The notes under the pieces: model-generated
The model's database searches: none
Seen by the model: only the letters and a program-made list of their open reading frames with translations
Told to the model about the DNA's origin: nothing
Part shown: positions 19,452-27,997 of the stretch, one piece after another
Position numbering within the stretch: the first letter of the stretch is position 1
Layout: the number at the start of each line of letters is the position of its first letter
Made by a program: the position numbers and the translations under genes
DNA from: Candidatus Micrarchaeota archaeon
GTDB taxonomy: Archaea; Micrarchaeota; Micrarchaeia; Anstonellales; Anstonellaceae
Assembly: GCA_018304295.1 (NCBI GenBank)
Contig: JAGVWK010000008.1
Coordinates: forward strand, 1-50,513
Length of the DNA: 50,513 bases
Direction: 5' to 3'

Positions 19452-20780
19452 TCACCCTAGAATTTCTTTTGCAGGCTCGTAAGAGCCAATGTGCACCAGC
19501 CCCTGCCATCCTGCAATTTTTCCAACTCCCTCTTTCCTGTCAAACTCAACAACAAACTTTTCCCCATCCCTTTTCACTTTATATTCAGTCCTGCCCTGCA
19601 GCAACTCCCCAAGCCTCTCACGCACGTCATCTTTGAGCGCAGACAAAAGGTTTGCCATATGGCGCTCTGAGAATACTCTTGTTATTTCTGCTCCTGCATT
19701 CCTAATGCCATTAAGAAATAACGCAAGATCTTTCATGTCTGGCAGCCCAATTGAAACAATGTGCCTGCTGCCGCCCATCTCAGGCATTTTTGCCTCAAAA
19801 ATCAAGAAGCGTGTCCTGTTTGTCGGGTCATTTTCCAGATTACTTCTTACAATCTTAAGCCCGTAAAGCTGTGCGCACACGTTTCTTGAAATCGCGCCCG
19901 TTTCCCGCAATAATTCAGATGCAACCTTCAATGATGCACCCGCTGTATCATTGTGCTCAACAGCCTCCCATCCATTTTCAGCTATTGCATTGCTGCATTG
20001 CTTGAGCGCTTGTGGATGCGATAAAACGATTTTTATGCCACTAAAATCAGTTTCAGGCAGAGCAAGCAGGCAGTGGTGAATTGGCAAAATTATCTCTCCG
20101 CTCACTCCAAGCGAAGTATTGGCAAGTAGCAAATTTGCATTTTCAACAGCCCCTCCAATTGAGTTCTCAATCGGCACTTCCCCAAAATCAAAAATACCCT
20201 CTCCAACCCCCATGAGCACCTCTTGGAAGCTGCCGCAGGAAATGGGGATTGCCTTCTTATTCTGCGTTTCTGCAGCCAGCTCTCCATGTGCGCCCGGCAT
20301 CCCCTGATAAGCAGAAAGCATTGGATTTTCATTCAGCAGCTTCACTGTCTCGTCTATTATCCTTCTAAAAAAACTTGAGGCAACATTTGGACTCCATGCA
20401 CCTCTGGATGCATCCGTAACTCTTCCTAGCACTTCAATTTCACTGAACGACCACGGGTGCGCGGAAGCCTCTGCCTTTAGGCAGCGGAGGAGCGCACCCG
20501 CACAGGGAATGTTGTGGCTTCCGCCTGAAGCCCTTCCGCAATCTTCGCGGAACCTGCAAATCGGCGAACCGATTTGCGGTCCACTTTTCGCGGAAAGCGA
20601 AAAGTCGGAGCCACGGGCTTCAGCCCGTGGTCGTTCACGCTTAAAGTCGCTCACACCAAGCCCGCCTATTCTCTTGAGTCTGCCCACAACTAGCCCAAGC
20701 TCCATGCGTCTGCGCAGCTGGTGCACTATCAACAGGTCATTCGCATCAATTTTTCCCCTGATTTCTGCCAAGTTCGTCAT
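19452..20780 (-). CDS. Second, divergent chorismate mutase/prephenate dehydratase carrying a 65-aa in-frame insertion
   Basis: AroQ-like N-terminus, YQGMPGAHGE, PIENS, SHPQALKQC, NRTRF; degenerate ACT domain. Confidence 0.85.
   Translation of the reverse strand: MTNLAEIRGKIDANDLLIVHQLRRRMELGLVVGRLKRIGGLGVSDFKRERPRAEARGSDFSLSAKSGPQIGSPICRFREDCGRASGGSHNIPCAGALLRCLKAEASAHPWSFSEIEVLGRVTDASRGAWSPNVASSFFRRIIDETVKLLNENPMLSAYQGMPGAHGELAAETQNKKAIPISCGSFQEVLMGVGEGIFDFGEVPIENSIGGAVENANLLLANTSLGVSGEIILPIHHCLLALPETDFSGIKIVLSHPQALKQCSNAIAENGWEAVEHNDTAGASLKVASELLRETGAISRNVCAQLYGLKIVRSNLENDPTNRTRFLIFEAKMPEMGGSRHIVSIGLPDMKDLALFLNGIRNAGAEITRVFSERHMANLLSALKDDVRERLGELLQGRTEYKVKRDGEKFVVEFDRKEGVGKIAGWQGLVHIGSYEPAKEILG
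20444..20638. mobile_element. 195-nt non-autonomous palindromic element with IS200/IS605-like ends
   Basis: 14-bp terminal inverted repeat TGAACGACCACGGG/CCCGTGGTCGTTCA; subterminal hairpin CCACGGGC-TTCA-GCCCGTGG ending in TTCAC; inserted 3' of TTCAC; removal restores KREIEVL. Confidence 0.8.
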
Positions 20781-20781
20781 G

Positions 20782-21809
20782 CTAGCCCTCTTTCCTGCCT
20801 GCAAGCACAATGTCCGCAATGCAAAATGCCGCAACGTTTTCCACAACAGGCACCGCCCGTATGCAAATGCACGGGTCGTGCCTCCCCTCTATTTTCAGTT
20901 TTGCGCTTTCCATTTTTTCCAAGTCCACTGTGTTTTGCTCGCGGAAAACACTTGATGTAGGCTTGAATGCAACGCGGAACACAATCGGCATCCCTGTTGA
21001 AAGCCCGCCCAATATCCCGCCCGCATTATTTGTTTTTGTTGCAATTTTTCCATCCACAATTACAAACTCGTCATTGTGCGCGCTCCCCTTCATGCGCGCA
21101 GCCTCAAATCCCGCCCCAAACTCCACTCCCTTTGCGGCAGGTATCGCAAATACCGCCTGCGCGATAATGCTTTCAATGCTTGCGAACATCGGCTCTCCAA
21201 TCCCAGCAGGCAGCCCAACAACTTTGCATTCCACTATCCCTCCCACAGAATCCTGCTCCCTAATTGCATTTTTCACTTCCTCCTCCATCTGCGCCGCAGT
21301 TTTTGCATCCGGGCACCTAACCGCATTCGCGTAAGTTCCTTTCACTATTTCCTCTTCACTTGGCTCACCTTGCAGCCTCACGTTTCCAAGCGCGCGCATG
21401 AACGCCAGTGTGCGCACCCCTTTTTTCTCCAGCACTTTCTTTGCAACCGCGCCCGCCATCACAAATGCGGCAGTCATCCTGCCGGAAAAAAACCCTCCGC
21501 CGCTTTTCACTTGGCCGTATTTCACTATCGCGGGGTAATCTGCATGCCCCGGTCGGGGCATCCTTGAGAATTTTGCGTAATGCCCCGGGCGGGTGTCCTT
21601 GTTTTTCACAAGCATGCGCATTTTCCCCCCAGTAGTTTTTCCATTTTCAATGCCGCTTTCAATAACAACGGTGTCCTCCTCCTTTCTCTGGCTTGTGAGC
21701 GCGCTCTGCCCGGGCTTTCGCCCCCAACGTGGGGCCCATGGCTGCTGCCAAACACTTCCAATTTGAAGTTTTTCCCAAATGAAAATGCATTTCCCATTTT
21801 TTCCATCAT
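20782..21809 (-). pseudogene. aroC: Chorismate synthase with internal deletion + frameshift near 21721-21725 (may be an assembly artefact)
   Basis: FGSSHGPHVG in one frame joins RKPGQSALTSQRKEED...PRPGHAD...GRHDPCI in another; roughly 25 conserved codons are missing. Confidence 0.85.
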
Positions 21810-23050
21810 TCCACCCTCAATTTTTCCAAATCCCCAAAGAAATTCGGGTATGATTTTGCAACGCACTGCGCATCCTGTATTTGCACATCCGTGTTGCTTG
21901 CAAGCGCCGCAACCGCGCATGCCATTGCAATGCGGTGGTCCCCATGCGACTGCACGCTGCCGCCTTTTAGCTCTCCTCCCTCCACGCGCATCTCATCCCC
22001 CTGCACGCCAACCTTTGCACCCATTGCAGTGAACTCTTTCACAAGCGCAGCAGCCCTGTCGCTCTCTTTGTTTTTTAGCCGCCCGGCTCCGCGCAACACG
22101 CTTCTCCCCTTGCAGCTGCACGCAAGCGCAACAAGGGGCGGGAACAAATCCGGGCAATCCGTTGCATCAAATTCAAGCGCCCTAAGGCTTGCTTTTGCAA
22201 CCGTTATCGCATTTTCCTCCTGCAGAACTGTCGCCCCGGCATCCTTGAGCGCATCCACTATCACCCTGTCAGCCTGAAGCGATTTTTGCGCAAGCCCCTC
22301 CACCTTCACTTCGCCCGCTATCGCGCCTGCAACAAGCATGAATGAAGCGCCCGACCAGTCTCCCTCAATTTCCACGCTTGCAGGCTTGTATTGCTGCCCG
22401 CCTTTTATTGCGAACCTCTCCATCGTTGCATCCGCCCCAACCTCAACCCCAAACTCCTGCAGCATCTGCAACGTCATGCGCACGTACGGCCTGCTTTTGA
22501 GGCTTTCAACGTGCAAAAGCGAATTTTTTTCGCACAAAGGAAGCGCCATCAAAAGCCCGCTTAAAAGCTGGGAGCTTTTTGAGCCGTCCATGCGCACCTC
22601 CCCCCCTTTCATTTTCCCGCTTATTTTTACAGGCGCATGCCCGTTTTGAGTTTCGCACCGCGCCCCAAGCGCAACAATCGGCGCTTCAATTCCCCCAAGC
22701 TGCCTCTCCCCAAGCGTTCCTTTTCCAACAAGCGTGAATTCCCCATCAAGCGCAGCTGAAATTGCGCAAAACATTCTCATGCACAAGCCGGACTCATCGC
22801 AGTCCAGAGTTCCAGAAGAAGTCGCATTGCCTCCCTTTATCGCAACCTCTCTTTCCAGCATTTCAACCTGTGCCCCAAGGCAGCGTGCAATCCCAAGCGC
22901 AGCAAGAGCGTCCTCACAAAACGAGGGGTTCCTTATAATGCTCTTTCCCTTTGCAAGCGCCGCCGCTGCAACTGCCCTTTGCATCATGCTCTTTGAAGAA
23001 GGCGCGCGCATTTTACCGCACACGTTTCCAGAAGGTATTTTTTCCATCAT
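21806..23050 (-). CDS. aroA: EPSP synthase
   Basis: PSSKS, SSQLLSGLL, EGDWSGA, KESDR, DHRIAM, KSYP. Confidence 0.96.
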   Translation of the reverse strand: MMEKIPSGNVCGKMRAPSSKSMMQRAVAAAALAKGKSIIRNPSFCEDALAALGIARCLGAQVEMLEREVAIKGGNATSSGTLDCDESGLCMRMFCAISAALDGEFTLVGKGTLGERQLGGIEAPIVALGARCETQNGHAPVKISGKMKGGEVRMDGSKSSQLLSGLLMALPLCEKNSLLHVESLKSRPYVRMTLQMLQEFGVEVGADATMERFAIKGGQQYKPASVEIEGDWSGASFMLVAGAIAGEVKVEGLAQKSLQADRVIVDALKDAGATVLQEENAITVAKASLRALEFDATDCPDLFPPLVALACSCKGRSVLRGAGRLKNKESDRAAALVKEFTAMGAKVGVQGDEMRVEGGELKGGSVQSHGDHRIAMACAVAALASNTDVQIQDAQCVAKSYPNFFGDLEKLRVE

Positions 23051-24363
23051 GGCTTTCCAACCCCTATTTCCATTGCTATCATGCTCGCAACTTCCTGCGC
23101 GGTTTTGCCCCCAGTATTCACCATTATGTGGCAGGCTCGCGCGTAAATTTGAAGCCTTGCTTCCAATATCCTGTGCGCAACCTCCTCTTTGTCCTGCCTG
23201 TTTACCAGCGGCCTGCTTGCATCGCCCTTTGTCCTTTCCATTGCCTCTTTTGCGCTTGCAAAAAGCCACACCACAAAGCATTCCTTTTGCAGCAGTTGCG
23301 CATTTTCCTCCCTAAGGACAATGCCTCCCCCGCACGAAATAACGCAATTTTCTTTTTGCACTGCCTCTTTGAGCGCTTCAGCTTCCATCTCCCTGAAACT
23401 AGCCTCGCCCGCCTGCTCAAATATTTCCGGAATGCTTTTCCCTGCGCTTTGCGCAATCATCCCATCCGTTTCCACAAATTCAAGCCCGCACAGCTTTGCC
23501 AAAATCTTTCCAACAGTGCTCTTGCCGCTTCCCATGAACCCTATGAGCGCAATCCTACGCCTGCTTTTCGCATCAGGCCGGTTTTCAAGCACCGCCTTTC
23601 TCATTGCTTCAAGGGGCGCATCTTTCCCTGTGAATTTCCCAAACGCATCAATGCCTTGGAACAGCACCCAGCTTGTCGCATCAACTATTTTGCACCCCGC
23701 CTCTTTTGCATCCGCAACAAGCGCGCTTTGCGCAGAGTAGTTCGCATCCAGCACCACCATGCCCTGCTTAAGCATCCTTTTTGGCACCACCCTTTCATGC
23801 GCGCTTATGCATGAAACAAGAATGGCCGCGCCTTCAAGCGCGTTTTCCAAATCCCCTTCATTTACAGAGCACGCTTCGCACCCAAATATGCGCGCAGCCT
23901 CCTTTGCTTTTTCAAGCGTCCTGTTTGCGCACACTACTTTTGCGCCTTGTTTTGTGAGCGCAAGGATTGCGGCTTTTGCAGCCCCCCCTGCCCCAAGCAC
24001 AACCGCCTTTTTGCCCCTTATCCCTGCACCCGCGTCTATGAGCGCACCTGCAACACCTTGCGGGTCCGTATTGTACCCACTGCTTTTCTTGTTTTCAAAA
24101 ATCAAGGTGTTGCACGCACGCAGCAGCTTCACTTCTTCGTTTTTTTCATCCACCTTGCTTGCAATCCCCTGCTTTAGCGGCGCAGTGATGCTCATTCCTG
24201 CAATTCCCATCTCCTTTGCTGCGGAAAAAACATCGTCCGCATCCTGTGCAAGCATGCGAAAGTATATCGCATCAATCCCCATTGCATCAAACGCGGCCTG
24301 ATGCATCTGCGGGCTAATGCTGTGCGCTATCGGCTTTCCTGCAACTGCAAACAATTTCGTCAT
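23047..24363 (-). CDS. aroE: Shikimate dehydrogenase-shikimate kinase fusion (AroE-AroK)
   Basis: HSISPQMH, ITAPLK, NTD, GAGGAA followed by GFMGSGKST, SCGGG, RPL. Confidence 0.93.
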   Translation of the reverse strand: MTKLFAVAGKPIAHSISPQMHQAAFDAMGIDAIYFRMLAQDADDVFSAAKEMGIAGMSITAPLKQGIASKVDEKNEEVKLLRACNTLIFENKKSSGYNTDPQGVAGALIDAGAGIRGKKAVVLGAGGAAKAAILALTKQGAKVVCANRTLEKAKEAARIFGCEACSVNEGDLENALEGAAILVSCISAHERVVPKRMLKQGMVVLDANYSAQSALVADAKEAGCKIVDATSWVLFQGIDAFGKFTGKDAPLEAMRKAVLENRPDAKSRRRIALIGFMGSGKSTVGKILAKLCGLEFVETDGMIAQSAGKSIPEIFEQAGEASFREMEAEALKEAVQKENCVISCGGGIVLREENAQLLQKECFVVWLFASAKEAMERTKGDASRPLVNRQDKEEVAHRILEARLQIYARACHIMVNTGGKTAQEVASMIAMEIGVGKP

Positions 24364-25016
24364 ATCAATGCACCCATTTCTCGCATTATTTTTCCCATCT
24401 CTTCCTTTTCCATCTGCCCATCCGCGGTTTCTTTTCCTTTCCCTGCCGACGCGAAAGTGAACTCGCTTCCCAAAAGCGGCGCAACAACCCTTGTTATTTT
24501 TCCCTTGCTTCCCATCCCGATAACTATTATCTTGCGCCCTTCTCCAAGCAGCCCAAGAAGCCTTGCATTGTCCTCCTGCTCATTCACTTTGCACGCAACC
24601 TTTGCAATGTCCGCCCCTGCCTCAAAGCATCTGGAAACAATCCCCTCAAGCTCCTCACTTGAAGGCGTCTTTTCAAAATCATGGTGCGAAACAATGGCCT
24701 TGCACGAATGCGCATGCGCCTTTTGCGCTATTTTTTGCACAGCCTCCCTTCCGCTTTCAAGCTCCACATCCACAAACTTTGCGCCTGCTTCAATTGCCAA
24801 AAGCAGCATTTCTTCCCGCTCCTGCTGCGAAAACTTCCCTGCGCGGCACGTTGCAATGAGGGAAACGGGCTGCGAGAATATCTCTCTTATCTCCTGCGCA
24901 CTTGGCTTTCCCTCCAGTGCATCAATGCGCACTTCCGCAAAGGAAAGCCCTTCCAGTGCCCTTATGCATTCCTGCAATGTTTTTTCCGCAATGCTTACGT
25001 AAATTTTCCCTTTCAT
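24360..25016 (-). CDS. aroD: Type I 3-dehydroquinate dehydratase
   Basis: EVRID, IATCR, VSHHDFEKTP, IAKVA, GMG..G..TR, TADGQ. Confidence 0.93.
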   Translation of the reverse strand: MKGKIYVSIAEKTLQECIRALEGLSFAEVRIDALEGKPSAQEIREIFSQPVSLIATCRAGKFSQQEREEMLLLAIEAGAKFVDVELESGREAVQKIAQKAHAHSCKAIVSHHDFEKTPSSEELEGIVSRCFEAGADIAKVACKVNEQEDNARLLGLLGEGRKIIVIGMGSKGKITRVVAPLLGSEFTFASAGKGKETADGQMEKEEMGKIMREMGALI

Positions 25017-26089
25017 AAATGCTCACCGATTTCTTCCAGCCCCATTTGCACAACCTTTGCCTTCCCAATGCCCTCCAGCAGCACGAAGTTGAGCATCCCG
25101 CGCTCCATTTTCTTGTCCTTGCGCATTGCATCAAGCACTGCCTCCTTTTGCGCATCAGCTTTCTCAAGCGCGCCCGCCTTTTGCATAAGCGCCCCGGCAT
25201 CCCGCGCATCCATTTTCGTTGGCAATCCGGCTTTTTTCAAAAGCTCCTCAAGCCTGTCCGCGTCTTTTTGCGCCATCATGCCCTTTGCAACTGAAATTTT
25301 TGCCGCAACGCACATCCCAATCGCAACCGCTTTCCCGTGGCTTATTTTCCCTTCGCTAATTTTCTCAAGCGCATGCCCAACTGTGTGCCCGAAATTAAGC
25401 TTCCTCCTTTCCCCCTTTTCAGTCTCATCCGCCTGCACTATTTTTGTTTTCACCACAAGGCAATCGTGCACCGCCTTTTCAATCGCAGTCCTTTTGAGCG
25501 AAAGCACCTGAGCGCAATTGTCCTCAAGGAAAGAAAAGAGCTGCGCATCCCCTATTGCAGCGCTCTTTATCATTTCAGCCATCCCCTCCTGCATGTGCGG
25601 ACGCGGAAGGCTCTCCAGCATTCCAAAGTCGCACAGGACGAATTTCGGCTGGCTGAAAGTTCCAATGAGGTTTTTGTAGCCCTTGAAATTCACCCCGTTT
25701 TTCCCCCCAACGCTTGCATCCGCCTGCGCAAGCAAAGTTGTTGGCACAAATCCAAACTCCACCCCGCGCAGATAAGTTGCCGCCGCAAACCCTGCCAAAT
25801 CGCACGCAATACCGCCGCCCACCGCCACCACGCATGAACCCCTGTCAAGCCCAAGCTCAAGGAATTTCCCGTAGAGCAGCTGCACGCTTTCAAGGGTTTT
25901 TGCCTCCTCTCCCTCCCCGATTTCCACAATCCTCATTCCCTTGAATTTTTCCCCATGCAGCGCGCGCACGCGCTCGTCCATCACAAGCACGATTTCCCCA
26001 CCTTGCGCGTATTTTGGAACCTCGCTTGCGCTCTCCCCAAGCACGATTTTTGTTTCCCCTGTTTTTCCCTTTATTTCAAGCACTCTCAT
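25013..26089 (-). CDS. aroB: 3-dehydroquinate synthase
   Basis: GGGIACDLAGF, PTTLLAQADASVGGKNG, LNFGHTVGHALE, HGKAV. Confidence 0.96.
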   Translation of the reverse strand: MRVLEIKGKTGETKIVLGESASEVPKYAQGGEIVLVMDERVRALHGEKFKGMRIVEIGEGEEAKTLESVQLLYGKFLELGLDRGSCVVAVGGGIACDLAGFAAATYLRGVEFGFVPTTLLAQADASVGGKNGVNFKGYKNLIGTFSQPKFVLCDFGMLESLPRPHMQEGMAEMIKSAAIGDAQLFSFLEDNCAQVLSLKRTAIEKAVHDCLVVKTKIVQADETEKGERRKLNFGHTVGHALEKISEGKISHGKAVAIGMCVAAKISVAKGMMAQKDADRLEELLKKAGLPTKMDARDAGALMQKAGALEKADAQKEAVLDAMRKDKKMERGMLNFVLLEGIGKAKVVQMGLEEIGEHL

Positions 26090-26131
26090 GCGCACACACC
26101 CAATTTTTATAATGCCTTTCCCTTCAATTTT

Positions 26132-26962
26132 TTAATCCCCATTTTCCAGCCCATTCAGCCCGCTCATGCATTTGTGCAATCCCCTAACATTTTTTGCAAG
26201 CTTCTCAAACTGCGCGTGCGTGAGCTGCTGCTCCTTGTCGCTAAGCGCCTCAGTGGGATTGCGGTGCACCTCAACGATTATCCCGTGCGAGCCGGCCGCA
26301 ACAGCCGCCATGCTCATGGGAGGTATCAGGCTTGGCTTTCCGGTTGCATGGCTTGGATCAACGATTATTGGCAAATGCGTGAGTTCCTTTATCACCGGAA
26401 CCGCGCTCAAATCCAGCGTGTTGCGCGTGTAGGTTTCAAAAGTGCGTATGCCCCTCTCGCACAATATCACGTCCGGATTTCCCTCGTTTAGCACGTATTC
26501 CGCGCTTGAAAGCCACTCCTCAATTGTGGAGTACATGCCCCGCTTAAGAAGAACGGGCTTGCCCGCTTTCCCGACCTCCTTTAGAAGCGCAAAATTCTGC
26601 ATGTTGCGCGTGCCCACCTGCAAAACGTCCGCGTATTCATTCACCCACGATACATCCTTTGTGTCCGTAACTTCTGTAATTATCGGCAGGCCCGTTTCCT
26701 CGCGCGCCTTCTCAAGTATTTTCAGTCCCCTCAGCCCAAGCCCCTGAAAAGCGTATGGGGAAGTGCGCGGCTTGAACGCACCCCCGCGCAGCATGTCAGC
26801 CCCTGCCTTTTTTACCGCGTGCGCCGTTTCCAGCGTCTGCTCCTCGGACTCCACGCTGCACGGCCCCGCCATTATTGTGAATCCCTGCCCCACCCTCACG
26901 TCCCCCACGCGCACAATCGTCCTTGCGTTGCCGTTCAATGCGGCAAGCTTTATGTTTTTCAT
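26132..26962 (-). CDS. aroF: Type I-beta DAHP synthase without regulatory domain (alternative start 27001)
   Basis: [36 protein letters not shown]; GGGTGG SD. Confidence 0.95.
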   Translation of the reverse strand: MKNIKLAALNGNARTIVRVGDVRVGQGFTIMAGPCSVESEEQTLETAHAVKKAGADMLRGGAFKPRTSPYAFQGLGLRGLKILEKAREETGLPIITEVTDTKDVSWVNEYADVLQVGTRNMQNFALLKEVGKAGKPVLLKRGMYSTIEEWLSSAEYVLNEGNPDVILCERGIRTFETYTRNTLDLSAVPVIKELTHLPIIVDPSHATGKPSLIPPMSMAAVAAGSHGIIVEVHRNPTEALSDKEQQLTHAQFEKLAKNVRGLHKCMSGLNGLENGD

Positions 26963-27044
26963 GTTTCCACCCGTTTTTTTTATCTTTCCAATATTTTCCA
27001 TCCAAATGTTATCACTAACAGTAGTTGCACCGGAAAAACCACAC

Positions 27045-27081
27045 AAAAAAGGATTCAGAAAATTTCAGCGCGATTTTCCCG
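27045..27081 (-). terminator. Candidate attenuator terminator: weak stem followed by U6 tract
   Basis: Minus strand CGGGAAAAT-cgcgctgaa-ATTTTCTG-aatcc-TTTTTT just after the leader stop. Confidence 0.45.
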
Positions 27082-27085
27082 ATGG

Positions 27086-27160
27086 CTAATAGCTAAAGCT
27101 AAAGAAATAGCCGAATGTGCGGAACACTCCGCTCCATGCATTTTCTTTAGCTATTGCCAT
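27086..27160 (-). CDS. Putative aro-operon leader peptide MAIAKENAWSGVFRTFGYFFSFSY
   Basis: 24 codons + TAG; 5 Phe, 2 Tyr and 1 Trp within the last 16 residues; directly upstream of DAHP synthase; GTGAT SD-like motif. Confidence 0.8.
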   Translation of the reverse strand: MAIAKENAWSGVFRTFGYFFSFSY

Positions 27161-27197
27161 CCAAAATCACGTTTGTGTAGTTTTTGCGGTGCATGTT

Positions 27198-27205
27198 GTT
27201 TATAA
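27198..27205 (-). promoter_or_regulatory. TATA-like box for the leader/aro transcript
   Basis: TTATAAAC about 40 nt upstream of the leader ATG, downstream of the trpA stop. Confidence 0.55.
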
Positions 27206-27222
27206 TATTATCCCAGCCTGCC

Positions 27223-27969
27223 TCATATTTCCCTTATCTCCCTTGCAAGCCGTCCTATTTGCATAAGCGCGTCCGCCTCACTTTCCTTTTCGCATATGTC
27301 AATTATCCTGCTTCCCACAATAACGCCGTCCGCTCCCGCATCCCTGAATTTTTGCGCGCTCTGCGCATCCGCAACCCCAAAGCCAACGCACAGTTTTTTT
27401 CCGCTTCCCGCAAGCCTTCTCATTCTTTTCACAAACTCCACGCTCTCTTCTTTCACTTCCCCTCGCGCACCCGTAGTGCCTGCAACAGACACAAGATACG
27501 TGAAAAGTTTTTCCCTTGCAAGGATTTTCCCCGCCCGCGTTTCTTTCGTATTTGGCGCGATTAAATTCACAACTGCAATCCCCTCCCTCTGCGCCATCTT
27601 CTCAAATTCTTCGTCTTCTTCAAACGGCAAATCAGGCACAATAATGCCCTGCACTCCCGCCTCTTTCATTTTGCGCAGGAATTTTTCCCTTCCATGCGCA
27701 TATACGACGTTGTAATACGTCATGAAAACAAAAGGCGTTTGCACGCCGTCTTTGCGCAGCCGCATCACCATTCCAAATATTTCCTGCACGCTTGCCCCTC
27801 CCGCAAGGGCGCGATTGGCTGCCCTTTGTATTGTTTTTCCGTCCGCAATAGGGTCTGAGAAAGGTATTCCAAGCTCTATGATGCCCGAGTGCGGCGCAAG
27901 CGCTTTCACAAGCTTTTCAGTAAACGCAATCCCGCCATCCCCGCAGCAAACGTATGGTATAAACATCAT
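27223..27969 (-). CDS. trpA: Tryptophan synthase alpha chain
   Basis: ELGIPFSDPIADGKTIQ, MTYYN, VPDLP, VGFG, GVIVGS. Confidence 0.96.
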   Translation of the reverse strand: MMFIPYVCCGDGGIAFTEKLVKALAPHSGIIELGIPFSDPIADGKTIQRAANRALAGGASVQEIFGMVMRLRKDGVQTPFVFMTYYNVVYAHGREKFLRKMKEAGVQGIIVPDLPFEEDEEFEKMAQREGIAVVNLIAPNTKETRAGKILAREKLFTYLVSVAGTTGARGEVKEESVEFVKRMRRLAGSGKKLCVGFGVADAQSAQKFRDAGADGVIVGSRIIDICEKESEADALMQIGRLAREIREI

Positions 27970-27997
27970 ATTCTCCCCTTCTGCGCGCTCCTGCTTT

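Noticed and set aside
20438-20645. BHB-type mRNA splicing of the pheA insert
   Set aside because: The only BHB-like register I can draw is mismatched and would remove the conserved Arg-Glu of the mutase.
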